A stretch of DNA of 64,000 nucleotides, from NCBI RefSeq assembly GCF_009914755.1, contig NC_060929.1; one strand, 5' to 3'. The stretch's first letter is position 1. Each line of letters starts with the position of its first letter. Shown here piece by piece: positions 45,028-58,191 of this stretch. A model generated the notes under the pieces. It saw nothing but the letters and a program-made list of their open reading frames with translations. It did no database searches and had not been told where the DNA came from. Source of the DNA: the human T2T-CHM13v2.0 reference genome, Homo sapiens. Made by a program: the position numbers and the translations under genes.

Positions 45028-45264
45028 TCTGGGTTCTTATTACAATAAGATTATATTGCTATTTAAAAAATCGATGCCAAAAAACATTTGATTTACTTAT
45101 ACATACATATGCCAGAGCACATCTTTTTCTAAAGCCAAACCATAGACAGAAAAATCTCCCATCTCAGTGATTACTGAGGGACATCCTATTGTTCTGTTTT
45201 CAGTCAAGCTACAGAGGTAGAACTCCCACTTGAAAATATTATTTTTGGAGTTTGCTATTACTTG

Positions 45265-46165
45265 CTTTTTAATTTAACAATCAATTTTCCATTGGGGTCA
45301 AATATATACAACATGAAATTGACCATTTGTACTATTTTAAGTGTACAGTTCCATGGCATTAAGTACATTCACATTGTTGTGCAACCATCACCACCATCCA
45401 TCTCCAAAACATTTTCATCTTTTCCAACAGAAACTCTATACTCATTAAACACTAACCCCCTTCCACCTCAGACCCTGTCAACCACTATATTATTTTTATC
45501 TCTCTGGATTTGTGTCTAGGTGTCTCATATAAGTGGAATTACAAAGTATTCATCCTTTTGCAATTGACTTATTACACTTAGCATAATGTCGTCAAGTTTC
45601 ATCCATGTCATAGCTTGTAATTTCGTGGCACAGAATTTCCTTCCTTTTAAGGTTTCCCTTTTATCTACATGCCACATTTTTGTTTATTCGCTCATCCATC
45701 AATAGATACTTGGTTGGTTTTTTTCTTCACCTTTTATCTATTGTAAAACATGCCGCTCTGATTATTGTATATTGGTATACAAATCTGTATATTGGTATAC
45801 AAATGTCTGTTTGAGTTCCCTGCTTTGACCTCTTTTGGATATATTACCAGAAGTGGAATTGCTAAAGCACATAGTAATTCTATACTTAATGTTTTAAAGA
45901 TTTAACATACTGTTTTCTACAGTGCCTCGACCACTGTACAGTCCCACCAGCAATACACAAGGGCTCCAAATTCCCTACATCTTTTCCAATACTTGTTATA
46001 TTCTGCGTTTTTGATCATAGCTATCATAATTGGTGTGAAATGGCATTCTTTGTGGTTTTCATTTGCGTTTCTCTAATGACTAGGGATGTTGAGCATTCCT
46101 TCATGTGCTTATTGGCCATTTGCATATCTTCTTTAAAAAATGTCTATTCAAGTCCTGTTCCCATA
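45265..46165 (-). mobile_element. L1MB (about L1MB3) 3' fragment
   Basis: TTTTAAGTGTACAGTTCCATGGCATTAAGTACATTCACATTGTTGTGCAACCATCACCACCATCCATCTCC. Confidence 0.85.
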
Positions 46166-47765
46166 TAAGTTATTTTATTGGTTTTATACACATGAAAGGA
46201 AACATTGAAAGCATAATTACCAAAAGGCAGAGAAAAGTCTGTGGCAAATGTGGAAATCCAAGAAAATTATGTTACTTCATTATTGAGGATATGTGACTTA
46301 AATAAAATGTATTCCCATCACTATAGACTTTTGTTTTTGTATTAAGGTGCTCATCATTACATTGTGTTGATACGAAGCTACAAATAAATATACATATACT
46401 CTGGCCATTAGAAGATCACTAGTTAGGTAGAGAAAAGATTTGATGTCTTCAGTAACATGACTTGAAATGGTGTAACTAAAGCCTAGGAGCATGATGTAAA
46501 TTGAGGGAAACTTGATAGTCCATTATTTTTATAAGTCTTTGAAGCTATATACACACATGAAGAACAAAATAAGACTGGCTTTTCTTTTCTCTCCAAGTAC
46601 TTCATTACCTAGACATTCATTTCAGAATTCTAATGTAGAAGCTTCGATAATCCAAATGGGAGGAATCACTGCAGGTAAACAAAGCCTGAGTCATAGCCAA
46701 GCACCAAAGAAACCCAAAAAATTAACTTCATTTTTTCCACCTGACTCTCCATGTCACCTCTGTAATTTGAGTATAAATTATATTTCCAAAACTAAGAAGT
46801 TAATTCATATTTATTTCCATGTTTCAGGAAGAACTCATCTAGACGCAAGTAGTGTCCTGAGTATAGATATTTGCGCAAAAAGCTCTACTTGCGGGCCCTG
46901 AGAGAAGAGAAAAGGGATATGTACCATATACAAATGCTTTTAATCATTTAAGAGCTTTAATAACTTTATCAACCTATCTATGGTGGTCAAGTTAAAAATT
47001 CTGAAATTTGGGCAATCCAGATTAACCCTCTTCTTGAAGTCTAGGGAGAGATTTATCAGCAGGAGATTTAGGAGTGGAAAGCAGTGCTTTAATGACACAT
47101 GCTGTAATAGTTTCTGACAAGTTGATTGGTATCAGTGATTCAAACTAGAGACATAGGTTGCAGCCAGGTTATTGAAGGTCATAAATTCTAAAACGTGCAG
47201 TCACAGTTCAGCCTATTAGTAATAGAAAGTGAAGAAATGACTTTGAACAGGAAAGTTAAATGATAAAAGGAGAAATTGACAAAAGTAATTTAAAGGAAGT
47301 GTGCTAGATGAATTGGGATGGGAAGACATTGAAAATGAGGAAGCCAATTATTATGACATTTTCAGGATATATTGTCTCTTTTTTGTCTTGACATTATTGT
47401 ACATATATTTTTATTTCCTTGCACCATTATTCCTTCATTCATAAATAAGTTTTTCCCCTTTGTATCATTGTATTACCTCAAATTTCCATATAATTTAATA
47501 ACTAAGTGCAATTTAATATTGATCTAGATCTATCTTCTTTGATTTTAATTATTCCCTAGCACCTTTAACATCTCAACATTTCACTAAACAGTATAGAATA
47601 TATTCCTGTCTTTTGACATACATGCCTGTATCACAAATATATTTCCTTATTGCTTTATCAAGAAAGCTGTATGTTTATACACTAAGTCACTAAAAAGTTA
47701 AGTGAAAATGCTAAATTCATACCAACAACTACTAATAAGTTTCCATAAAAATAAATTAGGTCTCG

Positions 47766-48092
<327 letters not shown>

Positions 48093-48439
48093 CTAGGTCT
48101 CATTGAACTTTTATAGTTATTCAAGTTAAAAGGTGGGAGAAAATTTTATACATATTTGAATTTGCTATTCAGAAATTTTCCACAAAAATGGTCAATAGTA
48201 ATTTAATATAAAACCCCAATGTATTTGATTAGTAATAATTACCCACATAATTATTATAAAATAAGTAGAAAATTCAACCAAGCCAAAATAGAAAGGTAAA
48301 AATTACACATGGTTATAGACTAGCCAGACATAGCTTTATATTTTGGAGTATATCATCATATATGTCTATATATATATGCTGAAACATATGTTGATGTTAT
48401 CTAAAATAAAGATTATAGATACATAATAATCATGAACCT

Positions 48440-48657
48440 GGAGTTCAAGACCAGTGTAGGGAACATATGGAGATCCTGTCTGCATAAAATTTTTAAAAAT
48501 AATTAGCTAGGCATGGAGGCATGTACCTGTAGTCCGGAGGATGTCTTGAACCCAGGGGTTAGAGGTGACAGTTAGCTATTATCATACCACTGCACTCCAG
48601 CCTGGGCAACAGAGTGAGACCTGGTCTCTAATAATATTAATAATAATAATAATAATA
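48440..48657 (+). mobile_element. AluJ, 5'-truncated, with a (TAA)n tail
   Basis: Starts at GAGTTCAAGACCAG; right arm GCACTCCAGCCTGGGCAACAGAGTGAGACC; flanks share AACCTG. Confidence 0.88.
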
Positions 48658-48734
48658 AACCTGAATTCTCTATATAATAACTTTTAAAACTCAAAATCAC
48701 TGCATGAAAATATCATATCCTAAGAGATGTGTAT

Positions 48735-49045
48735 TTTTGTTTTGTTTTGTTTTGCTTTGTTTTTTTGAGATGGAGTCTTGCCCTGTCACCCACGCTGAAG
48801 TGCAGTGGTGTGATCTTGGCTCACTAAAACCTCTGCCTCCCAGCTTCAAGCAATTCTCCTGCCTCAGCCTCCTGAGTAGCAGGGATTACAGGTGTGTGCC
48901 ACCAGGCGTGGTTAATTTTTTTTGTATTTTTAGTAGAGAGGGTGTTTCGTCATGTTGGTCAGGCTGGTCTCAAACTCCTGACCTCAAACACCTGCCTTGG
49001 CCTCCCCAAGTGCTAGAATTACAGCCGTGAACCACTGCTCCTGGC
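48735..49045 (-). mobile_element. AluS
   Basis: Antisense Alu with (TTTTG)n tail; AAGAGAT at 48722 and 49046. Confidence 0.93.
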
Positions 49046-50763
49046 CAAGAGATAAATGTTTGTAATATATTTTGTTTTGAACTTTTACTCGTATGAATCC
49101 CGACAACTTATTTGAGTTACCATCTAATACTAGATATTTATACGTATCCCTTTTTTTATAAGCTACTATGAATAAAGCATATTGTCCCTTTATAGTTAAA
49201 TCTTTACTCATATACTCAGTTACTTGCTATTGCTGAATTCTCAGGAATAGAATTACAAGGAAAAGATAACGTATATTTTTTGGTGGCTTTTGACAATTGT
49301 CAACTGAAAGGTGATATGACTTTACTTTTCCACTCAGACGCTATAGAAAATTGCACCACTAAACCTTTATCAAGCATAATAGTTATTATTATCTGAGTTA
49401 TTTAGATAAAAGAAGCACCTCTCCACATACAAAACAAAACCAAAAAGGAATTAGCAAACATCTTATACTTTGTATGGCACTGCTTCAAATCATAGTAAAG
49501 CCATTTTCGCCTATAACTTTAACCTCCTTTAGTATTTGGACAATATTATTTTTATCTATTTCATGGATTTAGGGCTAATGAATATGTCATTAGTGGACAT
49601 GTGACATAAAAATATGCTTTCTCAAATTGCCTTCATCTCTATCTTTATTTTTGTGTTACTGGCCCCACTGACCCTTTGCTTGGATTTTCCTCTCCTTCTC
49701 TCTCACCGATGCTTATTCACTGTCCATCGCTGCACTTAAAAGTCACAAAAAGGCATGCCCTGAAAAACTGCTGAATGGCATTTTGACTCTGATATGGTTA
49801 TTACAACAAACTTTAATGTTTTTTAATAGCACTCTTCACAATGTGTAGCCACACATTTATGCATGTGTTCTTAATCTGATTGATCGATGGCTCTTTCTCT
49901 AAATTTGCCAGTAACTTTTCTGAAAATGGAAAATCCTTGCCTCTGTTACTCACCAAGTAATAGAGTACAGAAAATTTTTAGGTATTCAAAGGGATCTGTT
50001 GAATAACTTCATGGCTGAGTTTAGGCAAGGAGAAGAACTGCCAACAAATAACATTATTATAACCACTGTACTGGAGTTCAGGCATAGGACACCAGATCCT
50101 GGGAGAGCCATGTCTTAGAAAGAGAACAGCAAAAACCTGCCTTAGACACTCTGGGGGACTTGTAAATACAACTGACACTTATTAGTCTTTTTCTTTAGCA
50201 ACCTTTCTATGCCATTTGATAGTGCTGACTCCTCACTTCTTAAAAAATTTTCTTTCCTCGGCTTCCCTAATTCACCTATTTGTAATCCTTCAAACTTTTC
50301 ATCTTCTATAGGCTTCTTCTTATCAAATACAATTATAAACGATTCCTAGGCAAAAGAGAAATAACCATTATTTAAGTTAAAAGATGACATATACTTCTAC
50401 ATAGTCAAACACCAGTGCAAAGAGAACAAAAAGGCACAATAAAAGAATCAGAATATCTTTATGCTAGAAAATAATAAATATGAAAATGTTTAAGATTTTA
50501 TTAATGGAATTACCAATACTGATAGAATTGATTAAATATGATTAAACATATGGAGTTTCCACTAATATATATGATAGTAAAATATTGTGTGCAGTAGGAG
50601 TATTTTTTAATATTTTTCAGATTACTAATGTAACTTGTCTAGGGTGCGCCGGTGAAAAATCTTTGGAATTTTGGAAGCTAAATCAGTGTCTTTAAGTTAA
50701 AACCTTAAAATCCGATTGTTTATATTGGCTGCAGGAATGGCAGGATTGGAAAAAGGTTTAGAT

Positions 50764-53417
50764 CAGCAGTCTCCAACCTTTTGGGCCTCAGGGACCTGTT
50801 TCATGGAAAACAATTTTTCCATGCACTGAGACTGGGAAGTGGGAGGCGGTTTTGGGATGATTCAAACATATTCCATTTATTGCACACTTTATTTCTATTA
50901 TTATTACATTGTAATAGAAAGTGAAATAATTACACAACTCAACAATAATGTAGAATAAGTGGGAGTCCTGAGCTTGTTTTTCTGCATGTAGAGTTTCATC
51001 TGGGGGTAATGGGTGACAGTGACACCTGAAGTATGTTGCTTATGTCCAGTCTACTAGGTAATCTCATTTTGGTTGATGTCACTGCAGAAAACCCTGCTTC
51101 ACAAAGATAGGATGTTGGAAATAAAAGCAGGCTTGTCAGTGCTGTTGTGGCAATCTCAAGATAGCCTTCCTTGACTTTAATCCAAAACGTATGGACTTCT
51201 GAAATTATCTCAAATATACTTTTCAGGTCACCGTCATTTGCAATCTCAAGCAGTTGATCCTCTTCTAGCACGAAGTGGCTTTGTGGCTTATTCATGTGGC
51301 TTATTCACAAATGCATTGTGGATCCATTACTTCCCTCTGCAGGGGTCTTTTGTGGTTGGGAAGTAATGCTCAAACTCTTTTGAAAGCCTAGATGGGTGAT
51401 CATGCACCAAATGGGAGAAAGAAGGCCTTAGCTCAGTCTCTTTCAAAATCTCTCCTAATGTTTGAAACGTGTCAGAAATTTCAATGTTCACTCATCATCC
51501 CCACAATTCCAGTTTGGCTTTGAATGCTGCCACTTTATCTGCCAATTTGAACACAGTTGTCATTCTCCCTTGAAGCGACAGATTGGATTTGTTGAGCAGG
51601 CTGAATATGTCACACAAGAAAGCAAATCTTGCAACCCCTTTTGTTTTCCTAAAAGAAATTTCTGGTGTAGCTCTTGTAACTCAAAAATTCTGGCCAGTGA
51701 TCTATCTTTAGAAAGCTGTCTTGCTTCTGTGTATAAGAAAAGATGTGTGTGCTCTGCGTCCATCTCCTCACAGAGTTGAGCAAACAGATGTGAGTTAACG
51801 GCATGTACTTTAATGTGGTTGATAATTTTAACATTGTTAAGTTCAGATGACAACATTTGGCTAGCCAGCATTTCTCCATGGATGACACAGTGGGTAGACT
51901 CATTTTCAAAAGCAAACTCTTTGACCCGCGTAGACTCATATTCGGAAGCAAACTCTTTGACCTGAGTAGTCAAACCAGAAAGCCATCCAGTCATGGCGGC
52001 TGCTCTGGTCATTCATATACCTATGAAAAATGACCAATTCCTTTTTTTTCCTGATATGTAATCATTCAAATACTTGAATAGTTCTGCGGCTGTGCTGTTG
52101 GTTGGCAACAAAAGTGTACATCACATATTATCATGCACATTCTCCTGAAAAATGTATTGCACAAAAACAAGGATTGTTACTTTGTTGTCAACATTGGCAG
52201 ACTCATCAACCTGGATTGCATACCCTAGTGACTCATTAATCCTCTCTAACAATTATGCCTCAATATCCTCTGTTATTTCTTCAATTTGTCTTGTTATGGT
52301 GCTAGCTGAAAGAGGAATACCTGCCACCTTTTGAACTGCAGCCTCTCCTAAAAGTTTACAACAAATTTTCTTAGGAGCAGGTAGGATCAACTCTTCACCA
52401 ATAGTAAAGGGCTTCTTAGCTTTAGCAATGTGGTTAGCCACTAAGGATGATGCTCTCCGTGCAGACACATTTGATGAAGTTGTGGCCTTCAATAATTGCT
52501 TCTGTTCTTTGTCTTCATTTCTTTTTTCTTTTGAAGAACTCCTAAGGCTTGTCTTTTAATGCAGGTGCTTGATTTCCATGTTTCAAAGCAGTTTTGAAGG
52601 TTTCATGGCTTTGTTGGATAGCTGGTAGCCTCATAGTATACAAACTAGGCTTGGACAATGTGAATCACCTGTTGCAATAAAATCAATAATTTAAATAGGA
52701 CTCTTGGTATTTTCTTTTAAATGCAGCTTTCTCTTTTTTGTCAGTCTTAGAGTCTTCTGCTATCTCATCATTGGGTCTTTCCCTGTTTTCAAAGTAGCTG
52801 CCAAGTGATGTCTGTTTTTCACTCATTTTGGCTAGCGTTAGATCACTGGCTTACCAAAACTGTGACTGAGACAAGTGCACAGTGCAGAAAAGAGGCACAG
52901 AGGGAAGTGGTAAATAAAATAGTAGGTCAGTCATGTGCAGACTAAAGTAAGTGTTGGATTCGAACTTAAGGCCTGACACCAGATGCAGCTTAATTGTTAC
53001 TTGCTATTCACTGATAGGATTTTGCTATGAATCTGCAAGCAATTGATTCATTATGGTCTTTGTGCAGTCAAACCTCTCTGCTAATGTTAATCTGTACATG
53101 CAGTCGCTCCCCAGTGTTAGCATCACCACCTCAGCTCCACCTCAGATCATCAAGATCATTAGATTCTCATAAGGAGTACGGAACCTAGATCCCTCACATG
53201 TGCAATTCACAATAAGGTTAATGCTCCTATGGGAATCTAATGCTACCGCTGACCTGGAAGAAGGCAGAGCTCAGGTGGTAATGCAAGTGATGGGGAGCAG
53301 CTGTAAATACAGATGACGGTTAGCTCACTGACCCGCCACTCACCTCTGCTGCGTGGCTCAGCTCCTAACAGGCCATGGACTGGTACCAGTCTGTGGCCCT
53401 GTGGTTGGGGACCCCTG
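50764..53417 (-). mobile_element. Charlie3 hAT DNA transposon (MER1 parent), near full length
   Basis: MER1-type TIRs CAGCAGTCTCCAACC...GGTTGGGGACCCCTG; 8-bp TSD GTTTAGAT/CTTTAGAT; Buster-type transposase remnants on minus. Confidence 0.92.
50996..52826 (-). pseudogene. Disrupted Charlie3 hAT transposase (Buster/ZBED5-like)
   Basis: ATG at 52826 (MSEKQTSL..); fragments IAKAKKPFTIGEELILPA, THCVIH and LLFPTSYLCEAGFSAVT (hAT dimerisation region) are split by stops and frameshifts. Confidence 0.85.
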
Positions 53418-53451
53418 CTTTAGATTATATGTAGGCTTGAGCAGGAAGGAT

Positions 53452-53833
53452 TGTTGTAATCAACACATCTTCCATTCATTGTCTGAGCATTTTGATGGCC
53501 TGTCATTCACCTGGAAGGTAATTTACAACACCCTCCACTTAGCAGCACCCAACTATTTGTGGTTGGGAATTGACTTATAAATACCCAAATTCCCTCACTT
53601 TTCAGGGGATCACAGAGTTGTGTATTTTCTATAGTTCTTGGATTTTCCATGCGGGATTGATCTCACATCACCCATAATTGTATGTGTAATAATGGAAGAT
53701 AACCTTTATCGATTGCCTTCTCTTCCCTGTTTCCCTCACCCCTAGGGCCAGATTTTTGTCACCAACAAAATAATCAAATTATATGTAGAGCCTTACCTCA
53801 GAGACTGCTGCTGATGTAAACCCAAACATAGGA
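53452..53833 (+). mobile_element. LTR16A-like ERVL solo LTR
   Basis: GCGGGATTGA..CCTTCTCTTCCCTGTTTCCC..CCTTACCTCAGAGACTGCT..AACCCAAAC resembles the LTR16A 3' half. Confidence 0.6.
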
Positions 53834-54545
53834 TAAGCTTTTCAGTGGATGAAGGATGAAAATGTTCTAGCATGTGTTTGTTTAGTTTTTGCCATTACAG
53901 ATTTCCCTTTTAAGACCAAGTTCTGAAATATGCAAAGATGAAAATCATTTCATTCACAGGCTAGTAGACCTAAACTTTATATTCAAAATAAAACGTGTTT
54001 ATAGAATATATTACATAAATTTATAAATGACTAACTTCTATATAAAGGCAATTTTTTAAAAAAAGACATTTGGATTTCTTCTGCGTATACCCCTGTCTTT
54101 CGTTATTAGTTTCAGAGGATAAAATGTGGCCTCCATAAAGTATTTCTCAGAGATTCTAGTAAGACAAAATACTAGGTAGCCAGATTATGTGATACTCGTT
54201 AAAAAGAGTCTCATTATATTATGTGCAGAATTATCTAATTTATATTTTTGTCATCAGACTTTATTGAGTTTTAACCTCATATAGTCATATGAATAGATCT
54301 ATAATTAAATGACGATTTTTGGAATTCTTTTTCAGAATTCTTCGTCATATTTGAGGGATATAAAACATACATATTATCTATTATCTCTCAACACCTACAT
54401 TATAAGTAATTAAGAATTTAAATATACTCATTTCAAATTAATTTAAATTTATAAAATATCAATGGATTGAACATGTTAAATAATACAATCTATCTTTTTG
54501 ATCTCTTACAAATGCTCATACTGTGTATATTTTCAAGTATATTGA

Positions 54546-54981
54546 TGCGATGGTTAATTCTGAGTGTCAACTTTATTAGATTGAAGCATGCAAAGTATTG
54601 ATCCTGGGTGTGAGGGTGTTTCCAAAGTAGATTAACATTTGAGTCAGTGGACTGGGAAAGGCAGACACACCCTTAATCTGGGTGAGCACCATCTAATCTG
54701 CTGCCAGCGCAGCCCTAATAAAAGCAGGCAGAAGGAAGTGAAAAGACCAAGACTGGCTTTGCCTCCCAACCTACATATTTCTCCCCTGCTGGATGCTTCC
54801 TGCCCTCGAACATCAGACTTTAGGTTCTTCAGCTTTGGGAGTTGGACTGGCTTCCTTTTTCCTCAGCTTGCAGATGGCCTACTGTGGGACCTTGTGATCA
54901 TGTGAGTTAATACTACTTAAGAAACCCCCCTTTATATCTATCCTGTTATTCCTGTCCCTCTAGAGAACCCTGATGAATACA
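54546..54981 (+). mobile_element. MLT2A2-like ERVL solo LTR
   Basis: TGCGATGGTTAAT..GAGTGTCAAC start and CTGTCCCTCTAGAGAACCCTGATGAATACA end; TSD ATTGA/ATTGG. Confidence 0.9.
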
Positions 54982-55363
54982 ATTGGTATTGTAGAAAAGT
55001 AATTAATTAATAATTAAGGATCAGGTTTTCTATATAGCTTATTTTATGATTTACAATTTAAGTATCTTAAAGTAAAAGGAAGCTAATCTTTTTACTTTAT
55101 CCTATTATCTAATCAAGAATATGTGTATTTTAATTTCAAAAAAATGAACTCATTAGCGTCACCTTTCTTAGGACTGAATTGTGCCTAATAATTAGGAAAT
55201 AATTATTTGTAATTTATACAGCAAACATATTCCTAGTGGTATCCAGGGCTAAAGATTTTCCATTTTTACATCTTACCTCATAGATGGTCTTATGTGTTTA
55301 AAAATAAGTCATCCAAAATAAGAGGCACCCATAATTTTTTTAAAAAAAATTATTAAGAATTAG

Positions 55364-55657
55364 GGTCTGGGGGTGGTAGCTCATGTCTGTAATCCCACCA
55401 CTTTTGGAGGCCAAGTTCAGGAGTTCGAGACCAGTCTGGCCAACATGGTGAAACCCCTTTGCTACTAAAAATACAAAAATTAGCCTGGTGTCTTGGTATG
55501 CACTTGTAATACCAGCTACTTGACAGGCTGAGGCAGGAGAATCACTTGAACCCCAGAGGCGGAGGTTGTAGTGAGCTGAGATTGTGCCACTGCACTACAG
55601 CCTGGATGACAGAGTGAAACTCCATCTCAGAAAAAATAAATAAATAAAAAGGAAATA
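55364..55657 (+). mobile_element. AluS with a short deletion in the left arm
   Basis: GGAGGCCAAG joins directly to TTCAGGAGTTCGAG; TSD AAGAATTAG(G). Confidence 0.92.
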
Positions 55658-55728
55658 AAGAATTAGGTCACTGATTATGATGGGGGCTCCAAAGACCTAG
55701 TGCCAGGGTGTCATACTTATGCACTTAT

Positions 55729-56166
55729 TGTAAAATAAAATTTGCACTGGCACCTGTTCAAAAAACATCAAGTATAACTTTATTCAAGATTCTTAGTACA
55801 GGGGTTCAAAACTATTTTTAGACATTAGGTGAGCTAATAAAAAAGTTCTGGAGATCTTGGTCAATAGGATTAGGTCACCTGTGTTTGCTAATAGTCACCT
55901 CTGGAATTTAGACTTCTACCCTACTCTGGAAACTTGGAGACAGAGCCCTATATTTTTTGATGAGTGCATGTCAAAAAGATGGCTTCCAGGTTGTGGGGAA
56001 AACATTTCTGTACTGTGAATTTATATTTCAGAAGAACAGAGTAGAAAATAACCGTTGCAAGTTTTCTAAAGTAAATATTTTCACGAAAGGAAGGTTAGGG
56101 ACCTACAGTCAGGAAGAAGTCTAAAGATTTGTCAAGCTGAGGAAAACTGTAAGGCTTTCTTGCCCA
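55729..56166 (-). mobile_element. MER67-like ERV1 LTR
   Basis: AGTCAGGAAGAAG..TCTAAAG..GTCAAGCTGAGGAAAA..TAAGGC..CTTG resembles the antisense MER67 5' end. Confidence 0.65.
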
Positions 56167-58191
56167 TTATCTACAGGGGTTAAACGTGGTATAATGCCTT
56201 CACTTTCATAATTACATACACACGCACAAATTCCACATTTTGTGGAATTGTAGGTATGAACACGTTAACCGAAGTACTGCCAGGAAGTTGCACCATTCAT
56301 GCTTATGTTTGGGGCACCAACCAATCACCAAACATGGCAATACTGGATGCCTGTTGTGATGTTTCTTAGAGTTGGGTGCACGGATACATTATCAATCACA
56401 AATACTCTGAAATTTGAAAACCACTGGACTAGATCAATAAAAGGTGGCCTCTAAACTTCAGAATCTGACTCCTCGTTTTGCCTCACTAGTACTTGTCCTC
56501 TTAGTAGTTAGTCATGGCCAGGGAATTCTCTATTGATGCATTATTACGTTGAATTATTCAACCAAAGAGTCTAGCTATCAAGGTTGTGTCCTTTTCTGGG
56601 CCACCATAAACAAAACCCTAATACAAGGCACTCACATGTTACAATATTGGTTGCTGCTAGAGACAATTATATACTCAGACAAAAAGCTGACAACGTAATT
56701 AGCATGAAGAAAAAACACTGCATTGTTGTATACTTTCATTTTACCTAGTGTTATTAATGGTTCCATTAAAAGAACAGAAAAGAAAGGTTATAATATTTGT
56801 TCTCATGGTAACTCTCATGAAGTATATAAAGGAAGGCAATGATTAGTCATTTTTATTCATTTAATATTCATTGTGTTCCCTTGCCAAAGCACAAAGGCCA
56901 GAAAAGGAATTAACCTTTGCTCTTGGTTTGATAGAAATGCAACTAAAATAAGAACCACCTAGCATTAATATTGTTAAATTGAAGGTGCTTAGAAGACAGA
57001 TGTGGCTTTAAAATAATCCCAGATGGTTACTGGTATATCCCGCTCAAAACAAAAATGCCAGTCTGTTTGGTTCAAAGATCGTTAGTTCCCTTATTTGACA
57101 ATTTGGGATTTACATCTCATAATGTGAAAAATGCACTGTGTTACCTAGCAGAGTGTGTGACCCTGGGCTAATTAAAAGACACACAGGAGCAGGGCAGGGT
57201 GAAGCGATGCTGCTTCATTACTAGTGGTGGTTGGTCCCTAGAGGCAGAAAAACCAAAATATTCCTGGAAGTGGTCCAGTGCATCAGTCAAAGGCATGCAC
57301 GTCCCAGATAGCAAGGCCACTGAGTGGGATCACAGCACCAGGAGCTGCTGGATCTGAGTGTGACTTTTGTTTGTTTGTCAGATTGGTAAAATAGGAGACC
57401 ACAGAGGGAATTGAACGTGCAGATGAAGCTGAATGTGACCTTCTCAGCTGACAGGCCAGCCTTGGGGCTGGGGATATTGGGTGGGCATTAGCACCAGTAT
57501 GTTCTGGAGCACCTTTAAGTAAAACGTGACAGATTAATGGAAAAAGGGAAGGAGAGAATACGGAGATTATCCTAATGCTGGGGTTCCCAGTCCTTGGCCC
57601 CCTTACCTCTCGAGTTAGTTCTGTATTTCTGTCCCTATGTTATATTCTAACTGGAAGCCAGGCATGTAAGGAGAAGCAAGGCCATGCATTTGACCAGACT
57701 GGGGCTAAAAGGAATCAGGCAGAGCCTGAAAACCTGTGATTTCCATCACTAGAAATCTCTCCAAGAGATTAATCCAACTTATGTACAAAAATAGGCATTT
57801 CAAAATTATTTGTAGGAGCCAACTATGACACTTAGAAACTTATCAATAGGAGGACAGAGGTGAAATATGTAACGTCCATGCCATATGCCATATATACAAT
57901 ATGTAATCATTTTATTATAGAATATATAAGTATAAAAATCCATATAATAGACAACTAAGAAACATAAAAACAAAAGCGGTGAATGGATGTACTAATAAAA
58001 TTATGGTATATAAATGTATATATTTACATATAGTTATAAGGCAATCTATAAATTCTGTTCCTTTTTTAATGTAATATGGTATGTACATATGTATACACAT
58101 GCACAATGTATTTTGTAATATAAATGTACATATTCTAAATATTATATTTGCACATACACTCACACACAAAGAAATATACCATATCATACAC

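Noticed and set aside
46512-46901. 129-aa plus-strand ORF
   Set aside because: It has a non-ATG start and no domain; only the local hairpin and splice signals were kept as a finding.
50996-52492. Domesticated ZBED5/SCAND3-like gene
   Set aside because: The frame is broken into several short ORFs and lies within TIRs and a TSD, as expected for a decayed transposon.
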